Positions 11,191-22,376 of a stretch of DNA of 64,000 nt are shown piece by piece. Numbering within the stretch: the first letter of the stretch is position 1; each line of letters opens with the position of its first letter. Location: assembly GCA_964016885.1 (NCBI GenBank), contig OZ024744.1:46004001-46068000 (forward strand), read 5' to 3'. Made by a program: the position numbers and the translations under genes. Below the pieces are notes generated by a model, which was given only the letters and a program-made list of their open reading frames with translations, was not told where the DNA came from and ran no database searches. This DNA is from Eledone cirrhosa (Eukaryota).

Positions 11191-11574
11191 ACTTCCTCTA
11201 TATCTCTTTCTTATTTCCTCTCTCTCACTTTCTCTCTCTGGAAGAAATGTGCTGTAGTCTGCGTATATTTCAATAACGCAGCCCCACCCCCTGTCACAAC
11301 CATACCTATATATATAATTAATTACCTATATTTCTAATTAGTTAGCTATATCTATATCATTTACCTATATTTCTATGCCAGTATGTATAAATACGTCTTT
11401 CAATAAATTTTCATTTTTATTCACAAAGTTTGCGAAAATATTTTTATGTGTTTTAAATTTGTAGGACAAGGGAGGTAATCGAGATATCCCGTACGTCAGC
11501 TTATCTGCCCTTGTACATTATTTCTTTATTTTAAGTACGACAAACGTGCGTCATACATTGTGTCTGATAGGGAC

Positions 11575-11890
11575 TAGAGAGAAAGATATGGCCTTGTTCG
11601 CTGCCTTCATTGATCTGACGAAGGCATTTGATACAGTTAGTAGGGATGGACTGTGGAAGATCCTCAGCAGACTCGGAGGTCAGCTAAAATTCCTGACCAT
11701 GCTACAACAACTCCACACAGGTCAGCAGGGAGAGGTAAAGCACAATGATAGTCTCTCTCTGATTAATTCTTCATCAAGAATGATGTGAAACAAGGCTGTG
11801 TCCGTGCCCCAAATTTATTTGCAATCTTCTTCAGCATGATGCTTCGTGATTCAAAGAAAGATCTGTGGTAGGGCATTTACATGGTTCCGT
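11575..11890 (+). mobile_element. RTE LINE RT fragment
   Basis: AAFIDLTKAFDTVSRDGLWKIL then a frameshifted VKQGCV motif; paralog ~38516-38830. Confidence 0.85.
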
Positions 11891-12455
11891 ACATATGCTC
11901 TGTTAACCTAGCTTCCACACACTGAAGCATTAACACTGCAGTAACTCAACCACTCTTACAACACGTGGGTTGTATTTACAAGCAACAGAAAAGAAAACAC
12001 GGAAAAATTAATTCCAATACAAACAAAAAGAAAGATCTATCGCCTTGCTCCTCTACATTTTTATTGAAGATTCTCATCCAACATCTGCTAACACAATAAC
12101 TTAGTTTCAGAAGCACCAAGTTCGAGCAGTGATTCGGTAATCTTGGTAGAGTTAAACCTACATAAGTAGATATAATTCAGACTAATGGTCAGACCTGCTT
12201 TTATGAGGAGTAGTAAGAGACAATAATATATGGAAGGAGGAGGAGTGAGAGAGATAGAAAGACAAAGCTGTGTTAATTCTCTCTCCCTCTCTCTTCTTTT
12301 ACTCTATCTACCTCTTATGTCTTCATTTCACTGTTTTATTGTCTTATTTCCTAATTCCATTAAATATTCAATCTTGGTCGAAATAAATATTTTCATCTGT
12401 GACGATCTGTACAACCAATAATAGTAGGAGTCACGTTACATGATATGTATATATA

Positions 12456-12535
12456 CAGGGTGTCCCTCTAAAATATGTATACACATTTGCATAGACTGTA
12501 GTTGAAGTGTGTATACATTTTTTGGGGAGACCCTG
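12456..12535. mobile_element. 80-bp Tc1/mariner-type MITE
   Basis: TA|cagggtgtccc...tgtatacac / gtgtataca...gggagaccctg|TA imperfect TIRs; paralog 39406-39485. Confidence 0.75.
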
Positions 12536-13384
12536 TATATATTTTATATATACATATATATATATAATAAAAGATGATTGATATATAAATATAAACATAT
12601 ATATATATATTTATATATATATACACTCATATGTCTGTTTATATATTTATAAATATACATATATAAAGATATATATATACTCTTACGTGTATACATCTGA
12701 AAATTATATATGCATGTAAACACATACGTAAACATACATGTATACATATAGATGGACAGTTATACATATACATTAATTTATTTCTATACACACATATACC
12801 ACAAGTAAGGCATGGTGCTGCCAACTAACCAGACCTCCCTCATAATGAACCAGCTAGATATCCAAATTACAGGCCTGCTAGCCAACACACAGTCCCAATA
12901 AGTGTAAGTTACAGCGCAGCTATCTGGACAGACTTGTCTTAAGACTACTCATAATCCCACTACATCTTTTGTATACTATATATATACGGGTTATATATAT
13001 ATACACACGCACATATAATTGTGTATTCACACATTATCTTAGTAATGAAATAATTCATAGTTTTAGTAAATTGTTCAAAATTCTTCATTAACCCTTTTGG
13101 TAGAAACCCAGCCAAAATTGGTTCTCGTTCTATGGAAATGGTTCCTATCTAAATTAAAGTCTTCCAACAAAATTCTATATAAAACCATATGTTAAGTTAC
13201 TATGTTAGTAATTAACTAACAATTGTGATAAATAGCTCAATATTATTCATTATTAATTGAAATACAAGGTTCATAATTATAATAAAATCTTCAAAAAGGC
13301 TACGAAGCTGCTAAACCCTAAAGGTACGCAACACACACATCGCTATAGCGTTTCACCAGCCAATTTCTTCCTCAATCATTACAT

Positions 13385-15830
13385 AGATGTGTGTGTATGT
13401 AATAATTATTTTGTATTGTGTGTCTATTTATGAATATGTATGAGTAGATGTGTAACCCAGTAGATGTGTGTGTATGTAACTCAGTAGATGTGTGTGTGTG
13501 TAACATGGTAGATGTGTGTATATAACAAAGTAGATGCGTGTATGTAACACACTAGTGTGTCTATGTAACGCAGTAGATGTGTGTGTGTGTAACTCAGATG
13601 TGTGTGTATGTAACACAGTAGATGTGTGTGTATGTAACACAGTAGATGTGTGTGTGTAACTCAGTAGATGTGTGTGTATGTAACACAGTAGATGTGTGTG
13701 TATGTAACTCAGAAGATGTGTGTGTATGTAACACAGTAGATGTGTGTATGTAAGACATTAGATGTGTGTGTGTAACACAGTAGATGTATGTAACACAGTA
13801 GATGTGTGTGTTTGTAACACAGTAGATGTGTGTGTATGTAACACAGTAGATGTGTGTGTATGTAACTCAGTAGATGTGTGTGTATGTAACTCAGAAGATG
13901 TGTGTATGTAAGACAGTAGATGTGTGTGTGTAACTCAGTAGATGTATGTGTATGTAACAGTAGAAGTGTGAGTTTGTAACACAGATGTGTGTGTATGTAA
14001 CACAGTAGATGTGAGTATGTAACACAGTAGATGTGTATGTAACACAGTAGATGTGTGTGTATGTAACACAGTAGATGTGTGTGTATGTAACTCAGAAGAT
14101 GTGTGTATGTAAGACAGTAGATGTGTGTGTGTAACTCAGTAGATGTATGTGTATGTAACAGTAGAAGTGTGAGTTTGTAACACAGATGTGTGTGTATGTA
14201 ACACAGTAGATGTGAGTATGTAACACAGTAGATGTGTATGTAACACAGTAGATGTGTGTGTATGTAACACAGTAGATGTGTGTGTATGTAACACAGTAGA
14301 TGTGTATGTAACACAGAAGATGTCTATGTAACACAGTAGATGTGAGTATGTTATACAGTAGATGTGTAGCGAAATCTGTCCGCGCCTTGAACTTCGGGTG
14401 ATACCTAAAGGTTAAATTTTAGGTCACCACATTTATTGTGTTAACAAGTTCAGGTTGGGGGGGGGGGGGGGGGGGGGGGCAGCAAGTGACAGCTATATGC
14501 AGACCATGTACAAGCCATTCCACACAGAGACATCGAAGTGATAGGATATACAACTAAATATGTAAGGATATACTGCTATAAATAGACACCCAGTGGTCTA
14601 CAGTCAGAGACATCGGATCACCCCACTACAGAACAAGCTATGTAAAGATTCACTACTATTCAACAGATCCAATGAAGTCTACAGATATGCCCAGAGCGAT
14701 TCGAACCCTACTATACAGAGCACAAATGTGGAAGATATGCAGTTCACGGTATTTCTCAGTTACTACAGACCATTCAGAGATATACGAACTATATCTCATC
14801 TCTCTCTAACTAACACGGTCTAACAACTATTACCACGAATTCCAACAACAACAACAATTATCTGTAACTCGCCTTTTTAACACCAACAACAACAGACTAC
14901 AACAACCTACACTTCAACAACAAAATAATATTGTCAATCTTTGCAACTTATGGTAACTTGTTTATTTGTACCTTTTAATTCACGTGAAGTAAACTATATT
15001 AATCAAATCATATATTCTTATATCCTTTATATTATATTCACGTTATTATTCCTATTATTTATGTCATCTCTTCTACAAACATTGTTATTATCATAACAAC
15101 TAAATAACCAACATATCTATTCTATACATATTACCATACTACCCATTATATAACCATTTCTTTCTCATTTATACCTTTCGTTAAAGATGTGTGTGTATGT
15201 AACTCAGTAGATCTGTGTATATGTAACACGGTAGATATGCGTGTGTATGTAACACAGTAGATGTGTGTATGGAACACAGTAGATGTGTCTGTATGTAACA
15301 CAGTAGATGTCTGTATGTAATACAGTAGATGAGTGTGTATGTAACACAGTAGATGTGTGTATGTAACACAGTAGATGTGTGTATATGTAACACAGTAGAT
15401 GTGTCTGTATGTAACACAGTAGATGTGTGTGTATGTAACACAGTAGATGTGTGTATGTAACACAGTAGATGTGTGTATATGTAACACAGTAGATGTGTGT
15501 ATGCAACACAGTAGATGTCTGTATGCAACACAGTAGATGTGTCTGTATGTAAAACAGTAGATGTGTGTATGTAACACAGTAGATGTGTGTATGTAACACA
15601 GTAGATGTCTATGTAACACAGTAGATGTGTGTGTATGTAACTCAGTAGATGTGTGTGTATGTAACACAGTAGATGTGTGTGTGTATGTAACACAGTAGAT
15701 GTGTGTGTATGTAACTCAGTAGATGTGTGTGTATGTAACTCAGTAGATGTGTGTGTATGTAACACAGTAGATGTGTGTATATATAACACAGTAGATGTGT
15801 GTATATATAACACAGTAGATGTATATGTAA
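13385..15830. repeat. 20-24-bp minisatellite (gtatgtaacacagtagatgtgtgt) split by a solo LTR
   Basis: Direct tandem repeats; source of the HTHLLCYI ORFs; paralog ~39940-41826 is shorter. Confidence 0.95.
14365..15185 (+). mobile_element. Solo LTR (821 bp)
   Basis: TGTAGCGAAA...TTTCGTTAAA imperfect terminal inverted repeat, GATG on both sides, TATAAATA at 14577, no coding sequence. Confidence 0.7.
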
Positions 15831-16149
15831 TTTTATACAAGAACCACATGTTAAGTTACTAATAAAATAATTAATAATCAAAAACTTCAGTAAATCCTTC
15901 AAATGATATCTCAGTAATGAAATAATTAATAATTGTTATAAATACCTCAAAATTCCTCATCAATTTAACCCAAGACAGGTAATAATACTACCAGAGTCTT
16001 TCAGTCGGACATGAAACAAATTAATTTCTAATGGAAGAAAAAAAAATTTTAAAATCAGCCAAGGGAGATCACTCTCAGCGACTTTTTGTAAATCTTGCTT
16101 GTGAATTAATCCGGATTAAATTATTCTGGTGTATTTTGTGTGGAGGAAA

Positions 16150-16490
16150 CTGGGTTTACGCGGTGATAGCGCGTAATTCACGAACGTATGGTTCGTGAGT
16201 TCGAATCTCAGACCGGGTGGTCTGTACGTTGGGGCCTTGAACAAGACACTTTATTTCTCATTGTTTTATTTTACCCAACTGGCAAAAATAATAAGTTGTA
16301 CCAGTCATTATAGGAGGGCGTTGTTACATAGAATTGTCACACTGAATCTCCCTGAGAACAATGTCAACGGTACACGTGTCAATGAAATACCCAGACACAT
16401 TATAATATGTTATGGGTTCTATATGTATGTAAAAAGGAGGCCATGTAACACGTTTTGTCTCGTTGAATCTCCCTGAGAACTACGTATATA
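16150..16490 (+). mobile_element. Degenerate CORE-like tRNA SINE
   Basis: GAGTTCGAATC B-box, ccttgaacaagacactttattt, duplicated tgaatctccctgagaac tail; paralog ~42070-42410. Confidence 0.7.
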
Positions 16491-16494
16491 CTAG

Positions 16495-17247
16495 TGACTA
16501 TATCTAGCACTACATTATCTAATGTACAGTATAGTAGTTAGTATTAGTGGATATCAGACATAGTGTATCTAGGACTACATTATCTAGTGTATAGTAGTTA
16601 GTATTAGTGGCTATCAGATACAGTGTATCTAGGAGTACATTATGTAATGTACAGTACAGTAATTAGTATTAGTGGCTATCAGACAGTTTATCTAGGACTA
16701 CATTATCTAATGTATAGTAGTTAGTATTAGCGGCTATCAGACATAGTGTATCTAGGACTACATTATCTAATGTACAGTAGAGTAAGTATTAGTGACTCTC
16801 AGACATAGTATATCTAGGACTGCCTTATCTAATGTACAGTATATTAGTTAGTATTAGTGACTATCTGACATAGTGTATCTACGACTACATTATCTAATGT
16901 ACACTGTTGTAGTTAGTATTAATGGTTATCAGACATAGGTTATCTAGGACTACATTATCTAATGTACAGTAGAGTAAGTATTAGTGACTCTCAGACATAG
17001 TATATCTAGGACCACCTATCTAATGTACAGTATATTAGTTAGTATTAGTGACTATCAGACATAGTATATCTAGGACTACATTATCTAGCGTACAGTACAG
17101 TAGTTAGTATTAGTGGCTATCAGGCATAATGTATGAAGGACTACATTATCTAATGTACAGTATAATAGTTAGTATTAGTGGCTATCAGACATAATGTATC
17201 AAGGACTACATTATCTAATGTACAGTATAGTATTTAATATTAGTGGT
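16495..17247. repeat. 65-bp minisatellite, ~11-12 copies
   Basis: Unit tatctaggactacattatctaatgtacagtatagtagttagtattagtggctatcagacatagtg. Confidence 0.95.
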
Positions 17248-18409
17248 AAAGTTGTTATATATATTTTCCCTTGTATATAATTACTGTATCGTTGAAGGGT
17301 TCACATAATTATATTATTTACATTATAGACATTAAGTAAATCTTTGTCAACTTACTTTTTCACATATAATCAATGAGTTGTGTTGTTAGTTTTTATTAAA
17401 CAACCAAAGACAAATTAATTCTTATAGGACTTTCTAACATCTCCTCTGCTGATGACATGTCAACACCAGTTTAACTTCCACCTTTTTATTAGTAGGAGTC
17501 AATTCTTTCTCAATATCTTTTTCTCACTTCTCTCTCCTTCTCCGGGAGGAATCAGGTGTTAGACCAGGAGTCTAATGTATCTATATGAATCCATACAATA
17601 TCTGATTTCACTTGAAGTTTTATTCAGATCTCAATTGTGTTCAGACCAGGAGAGGGGAGATGGGCTCCATCAGGTTTTAAAATATGTGCAACAAAGACTG
17701 AAATCCACTAGAGTACCCCTACGACTACCCCAAGATTTACAGGTCCATACAATATATATATATATACACCTATATCCCTTTCTCTGGAAGAAATCAAGTG
17801 TATTCAGATCTGGAAGAAGAGTGTGGTCTCCACCAGGTCTAAAATACCCAATAAATGTTATATGTCACTAAGGTACCCCTATGATTCCACAAGGATTTCC
17901 TTTCTTTGGGACTATGTCTGGGTCAACCTGTGAAATAGGGATTGAGTAACTGTATTTCAGGGAGCTGTTTTGATATTGAAGGGACATCTGTTGGTGTAGG
18001 GTTTCGTTGATGACATAATAAGGTTGTAATACTGTAAATAGCTACCTGGTACATGTTTTTGGAGACATGATCATAAAGCCATGTATAGAGAAGCAGTCAG
18101 CAAAGTTAGGATTAACATTGACTATATTGAAGAAATATATTTTTCCAATGTTGTTATATTTTCACTTGTATATAATTACTGTATCGTTGAAGGGTTCACA
18201 TAATTCTATTATTTACACACATTAATATAGACATTAAGTAAATCTTTGTCAACTTAGCTCCTCCAGATGTAATCAATGTGTTATGTTAATTTTTACTAAA
18301 CAACAAAAGAAATAATCTCTTGTTTTTGTGAGTTCACAAAAACTAGATGTCGGACAGAACAAAGGAGAGACACTAAATAACAGCCTTGTCACTGATGAGG
18401 TTATATAAT

Positions 18410-19072
18410 GTGTGACTACCTTTCCAAACACCCTAACAATAGACTACCACTATTAGACACGGAACTCTGGTTAAACACTACAGACAAGAGGGCCCAAATT
18501 CTCCACTCACACTATGCTAAACTCATGGCCTCTAAATACCTGATACTCAAAGATTCTAACGAGTAGGTCCGAGCATTTTATAATAACTAGAAATTGATTA
18601 ACATATATATAAACATGAATAATCACAGGAGGTAATTTTTACAAGTGTGTAGCCACACATAGCTAGGTAAGTAACTAAATAAAGTTGACTAGAACTTCAA
18701 AAATAGATACCTTATAATATGATTAATCTTCCCTGATTAATCATATTATAAGGGAAGATTAATCATATTATAAGGTATCTATTTTTGAAGTTCTAGTCAA
18801 CTTTATTTAGTTACCTATGTGTGGCTACACACTTTTAAAAATTATCTCCTGTGATTATTGATGTTTATATATATGTTAATCAATTTCTAGTTATTATATT
18901 TATATCTGTATTTTTAACCGTTGGTCAGTCAATGATAAACTTTGATTGCCAGATAAATTAACTATGGAGATATAAAAGACACAGAAGCGAAAACCAACCC
19001 AAACCAAAGAGTGAGTTTGTTCTGTTATTATTTCTGGCAATATTTTAACAATATAACCCTCCCCAAGTATAA
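18410..19072 (+). mobile_element. Deleted Penelope-like element interrupted by a palindrome
   Basis: 18410-18550 matches the RT C-terminus (LPLLD.ELW...HSHYAK) and 18897-19072 the 3' end of the PLE at 22376-25155; longer paralog ~44730-45740. Confidence 0.8.
18579..18898. repeat. ~320-bp near-perfect palindrome
   Basis: tataataactagaaattgattaac... / ...gttaatcaatttctagttattata with ~150-bp arms; paralog 45239-45566. Confidence 0.92.
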
Positions 19073-19243
19073 CAATATATATATAGATATATATGTATAT
19101 ATATATATATATAAATGAAAGGTAGAGTTAATAACTCATACTGAAACCCTGTAATTACCAAGCTCAAAGTATAAATACTGAGCGTTATAATAATAATATA
19201 TGTAGTAATAAACACAGTAAAGACCGCCTCAATAACTATTATA

Positions 19244-19329
19244 TCTCCCGGACAGATTAGTGATTAATCTGTTTCGCCCTGAGTGTCTTTGTAACAGATA
19301 ATTAATCCACGGGCATCGTCAACGAGAGA
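19244..19329 (-). ncRNA. Type I hammerhead ribozyme, C3U variant
   Basis: TCTCTCG-TTGACGA-T-GCCC...GGGC-GAAAC-AGATTA atcac TAATCT-GTC-CGGGAGA on the minus strand. Confidence 0.7.
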
Positions 19330-19399
19330 ATCGGATTAAATGTGACAAACACCTAATGCTAACAGTCACACAAAATGAATATTTCACATTTATTGAGAT

Positions 19400-19481
19400 T
19401 CTCTCGCTGATGAAGCCCGTGGATTATCGGTTTCAAACACACTCAGGGCGAAACAGATTAATCACTAATCTGTCTGGGAGA
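19400..19481 (+). ncRNA. Type I hammerhead ribozyme, intact core
   Basis: Stem I TCTCTCG/TGGGAGA, CTGATGA (19407-19413), stem II GCCC/GGGC, GAAAC, stem III AGATTA/TAATCT, GTC cleavage triplet ending at 19474. Confidence 0.88.
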
Positions 19482-19539
19482 TATAATAGTTTTTGAGGCG
19501 GTCTGTATATATATTTATCTCTTTCTGTCTGGGAACCTC

Positions 19540-19790
19540 CCTAAAGTCACCTGAAATGTAGCACAGAGGAGACTGAGGTTAGCTGGACATGCTCACCGAC
19601 ATTCAGAGTTGACACTGCACTCAGTGTTTCTGTGGGATACACTAGAAGATGGAGACCGAGGTTGACATATATTGATGCCCTAAGGACAGACACCAGTCCC
19701 CTGGAGACACAGGACGTGGTAGCGATGATGAGGGACAGAGACCGCTGGAGAGAACTCGTCCATGGATCTCGGGAATTTTACCCGCCCTAA
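19540..19790 (+). mobile_element. RTE-type LINE 3' end fragment
   Basis: RRLRLAGHAHRHSE...RPRLTYIDALRTDT...DRDRWRELV; paralog ~46570-46825. Confidence 0.75.
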
Positions 19791-19804
19791 ATATATATAT
19801 ATAT

Positions 19805-20482
19805 ATAAAGAATATATTCAAGGTATATATTGAGTTAGAAACTCAAAATAGTCTCTTACAATAAATTAGCTCTAGGAAAGAGATTTTTCCAAGCCGTATA
19901 ATATAACTGAACAAAAAGAAAACAAACACAGACATATATGTATATGTGATCAAATCGTAAGGGACTAGATTCGCTAAGGTGAAAAGAATACTAACTATAG
20001 ACAATTTCCTAGAGCTAATTTATTGTAAGAGACTATTTTGAGTTTCTAACTCAATATATGCCTTGAATATATTCGGCTCCGTTAATTCGTCGAGCTAATT
20101 CAAATGTCGAGTAAACCCGGCTGCTATTTTTAGTGGTATGAGTTTGCGAGACACGCTAAGTTCTGATACCATGTGCGTTATATATAAACACACTATCCAG
20201 TTTTTTTTTAGAGTTGAGCAGGATACTAATATTTCTTCATCCGCTGATCAGCGAGAATACGGTAGTCCTTTTCACAATTAATACTGCGAAACAGTATTAT
20301 CAAAACTGTCTGGGTGATTAGTAGTTACCGCAATTATGGTTTGTATTTATTTTCTTGATTTATTCTTAAATTAAGTCTGACAAACCCTATTACCTATAGT
20401 TAGTATTCTTTTCACCTTAGCGAATCTAGTCCCTTATGATTTGAACACATATATGTATATGTCTGTGTTCGTTTTCCTTTTA
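19805..20482. repeat. Two interleaved inverted repeats (a-b-a'-b')
   Basis: a ~19810-19878 / a' ~20005-20074; b ~19914-20000 / b' ~20395-20481; paralog ~46840-47515. Confidence 0.85.
20237..20317 (+). ncRNA. Degenerate type I hammerhead (G8C)
   Basis: CATCCG-CTGATCA-GCG...TGC-GAAAC-AGT...ACT-GTC-TGGGTG. Confidence 0.6.
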
Positions 20483-21007
20483 TATATAAAGAATATTAAC
20501 TCGGATATCGAGTTTTGAAACGCCAGTGTATTAGAATTTGTAAGAAAGTAGAAAAACTCAGCATAAGGAAGCTGTTAAAACAGTAAAATACCATCAAAGT
20601 GGTGTTGGGTAAAACATTACCTCGAAGGACAGAAATCAGCGGCTGTGAGTTGACTTGACAAAATAGAATGGGTACTAACGAAGATATTTATTTCTCCATT
20701 GTTACGAGCCTCCCATTCTTCGCAGTAATCTCAGATTGAAACTGCAGGTGGTCTGAGATCTGATGAGCGTATTTTAATATTTGTGACCTCCTCTCACCCC
20801 GGGTGTACAAGCAGTACCATTGGTAGGGGTTGAAACTGGCAAGGTCCATCTGTACAGCTGATGAACCTGGAGTTCTGTGCCTTTCATTTGTATTTTTATT
20901 TTCAAAAAATTATTTTTTACGATTCCCCTTAAAAATATAGTTTTTCGTTTTGCTGTGTTTTCATTTGTCTGCTCCTCAATTTGTTAATTTTCTTAAGTGT
21001 ATATATA

Positions 21008-21474
21008 TACTAGCAGTGGTACCCAGCGTTTCACAGGATAAGGTATTTTGGAACGCGGGCCGCCAACAGACCTAATCGTGGAAAAACTGCATGCCTGGAC
21101 AATATGTAAAGAAAATAAACCGAATACTCTGATGGCTGGATAATCTTTAAGATTTACCTCGATGAAGTTTTTCACCTAATGCGGACCCTAGGCCATAAAA
21201 AAGTTGGATTTTCTTTGCTCACAGTATGAAGAAGAGATTGACTAATACATAGTTACAATTTCAAGGAAATCAGTCTGGCGTAACACCTCAAAAAACCCTA
21301 AAGGGCTGAAAAAACGCTGTTTTTCACCTACTGGGGGCCCTAGGGGATCAAAAAGTTGACTTTTTAATGTGCATAACACTCCTGAAATATAAGTAATACA
21401 CATGCAAAGTTTGAAAAAAATCGGTTGGGTAATTCTCGAATTTTAGGGATTTAAACTCAACACACACATCCTCA

Positions 21475-21480
<6 letters not shown>
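21008..21480 (+). mobile_element. Non-autonomous Helitron/HINE-like element
   Basis: Starts tactagcagtggtacccagcgtttc in a TA run and ends acacac...ttttatatata; related starts at 28293, 55691 and (minus) ~10312. Class assigned by resemblance only. Confidence 0.45.
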
Positions 21481-21504
<24 letters not shown>

Positions 21505-21512
<8 letters not shown>

Positions 21513-21895
21513 TGTAGGTATTGTATATTTAATAATATACTGTATGTTTATCCAAAATCATTTTGAAGGCCTTGCGCTATAAATTTAAGATATTGACAGA
21601 CGTCTCATACCTAGCTTCAGGCAAGCTGTATGTTAATGAGTTTAAACAGCGCATAAACATAATTGGAATTCTATAAGAATCCACCTTCTACAGCTCACAG
21701 CAAAAATAGGGGATATATAACTTTGATAACCATTAAAAAGTGAGAAACAATCGTTGGTTATTTCCCTTTGGTTTTGCTGAAGCCAGGTGTGTGACTATAG
21801 TCAATACCTTAAACTCATAGCAAAACGGCCTTCAAAGTGATTTTAACTAAACATACAGTATATTATTAAATATACAATACGTACATTTATATATA
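21505..21895. repeat. Inverted repeat, ~115-bp arms with ~155-bp spacer (unit A only)
   Basis: gtattgtatatttaataatatactgtatgttta / taaacatacagtatattattaaatatacaatac, extending to cttcag/ctgaag. Confidence 0.85.
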
Positions 21896-22345
21896 CGTCG
21901 CTATCTTAAAGCACCAATAGAAATATATATGTGTGTATATATACATATATATATAAAGGAAGGTTTGTCATGTCTTCATTACGTTTATTGAGCAGTGAAG
22001 CACGTTTTGCTATCGATCAGCTCAAGGTTCGATCTAGCCTGACTCTAAAATCAATAGCTCATCAGACTTCTGTTGTGGTAATAATGTTACAATCCCTAAA
22101 AATCATCATCATCGATTAATGTCCATCTTCCACGCTAGCATGGGTTGGACGGGTTTATCCAATTTAGAGGCAAGTGTCGCGCTCATATAGATATATAGAG
22201 AGAGAGAAGAGTAGACAGACAGACAATGACAAACAGGAAGAATCAACCCCAGTATTTCACTGGTATTTCATTTATGGACCTCAAAATATATAAGCAGCTT
22301 CACCTCAGTGGGATCTGTACTGAGAGAGCTAGAACAGACACTGAT

Positions 22346-22375
<30 letters not shown>

Positions 22376-22376
<1 letters not shown>

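Noticed and set aside
13428-15902. Long His/Thr/Cys-rich ORFs (HTHLLCYI repeats), also 39930-40784
   Set aside because: Translations of a stop-poor minisatellite, open in several frames and not length-conserved between units.
16495-17247. Regular repeats resembling a CRISPR array (also the 48-bp array at 1-230)
   Set aside because: Head-to-tail units with no unique spacers, no cas genes, eukaryotic context.
20755-20880. Two CTGATGA motifs (20760, 20858)
   Set aside because: No correctly placed stem II-GAAA or closing stems, so chance matches.
21585-21630. Possible hammerhead on the minus strand (CTGAAGC...GAGACGTC) in the 21.5-kb inverted repeat
   Set aside because: Both core boxes deviate and stems I and II are unconvincing.
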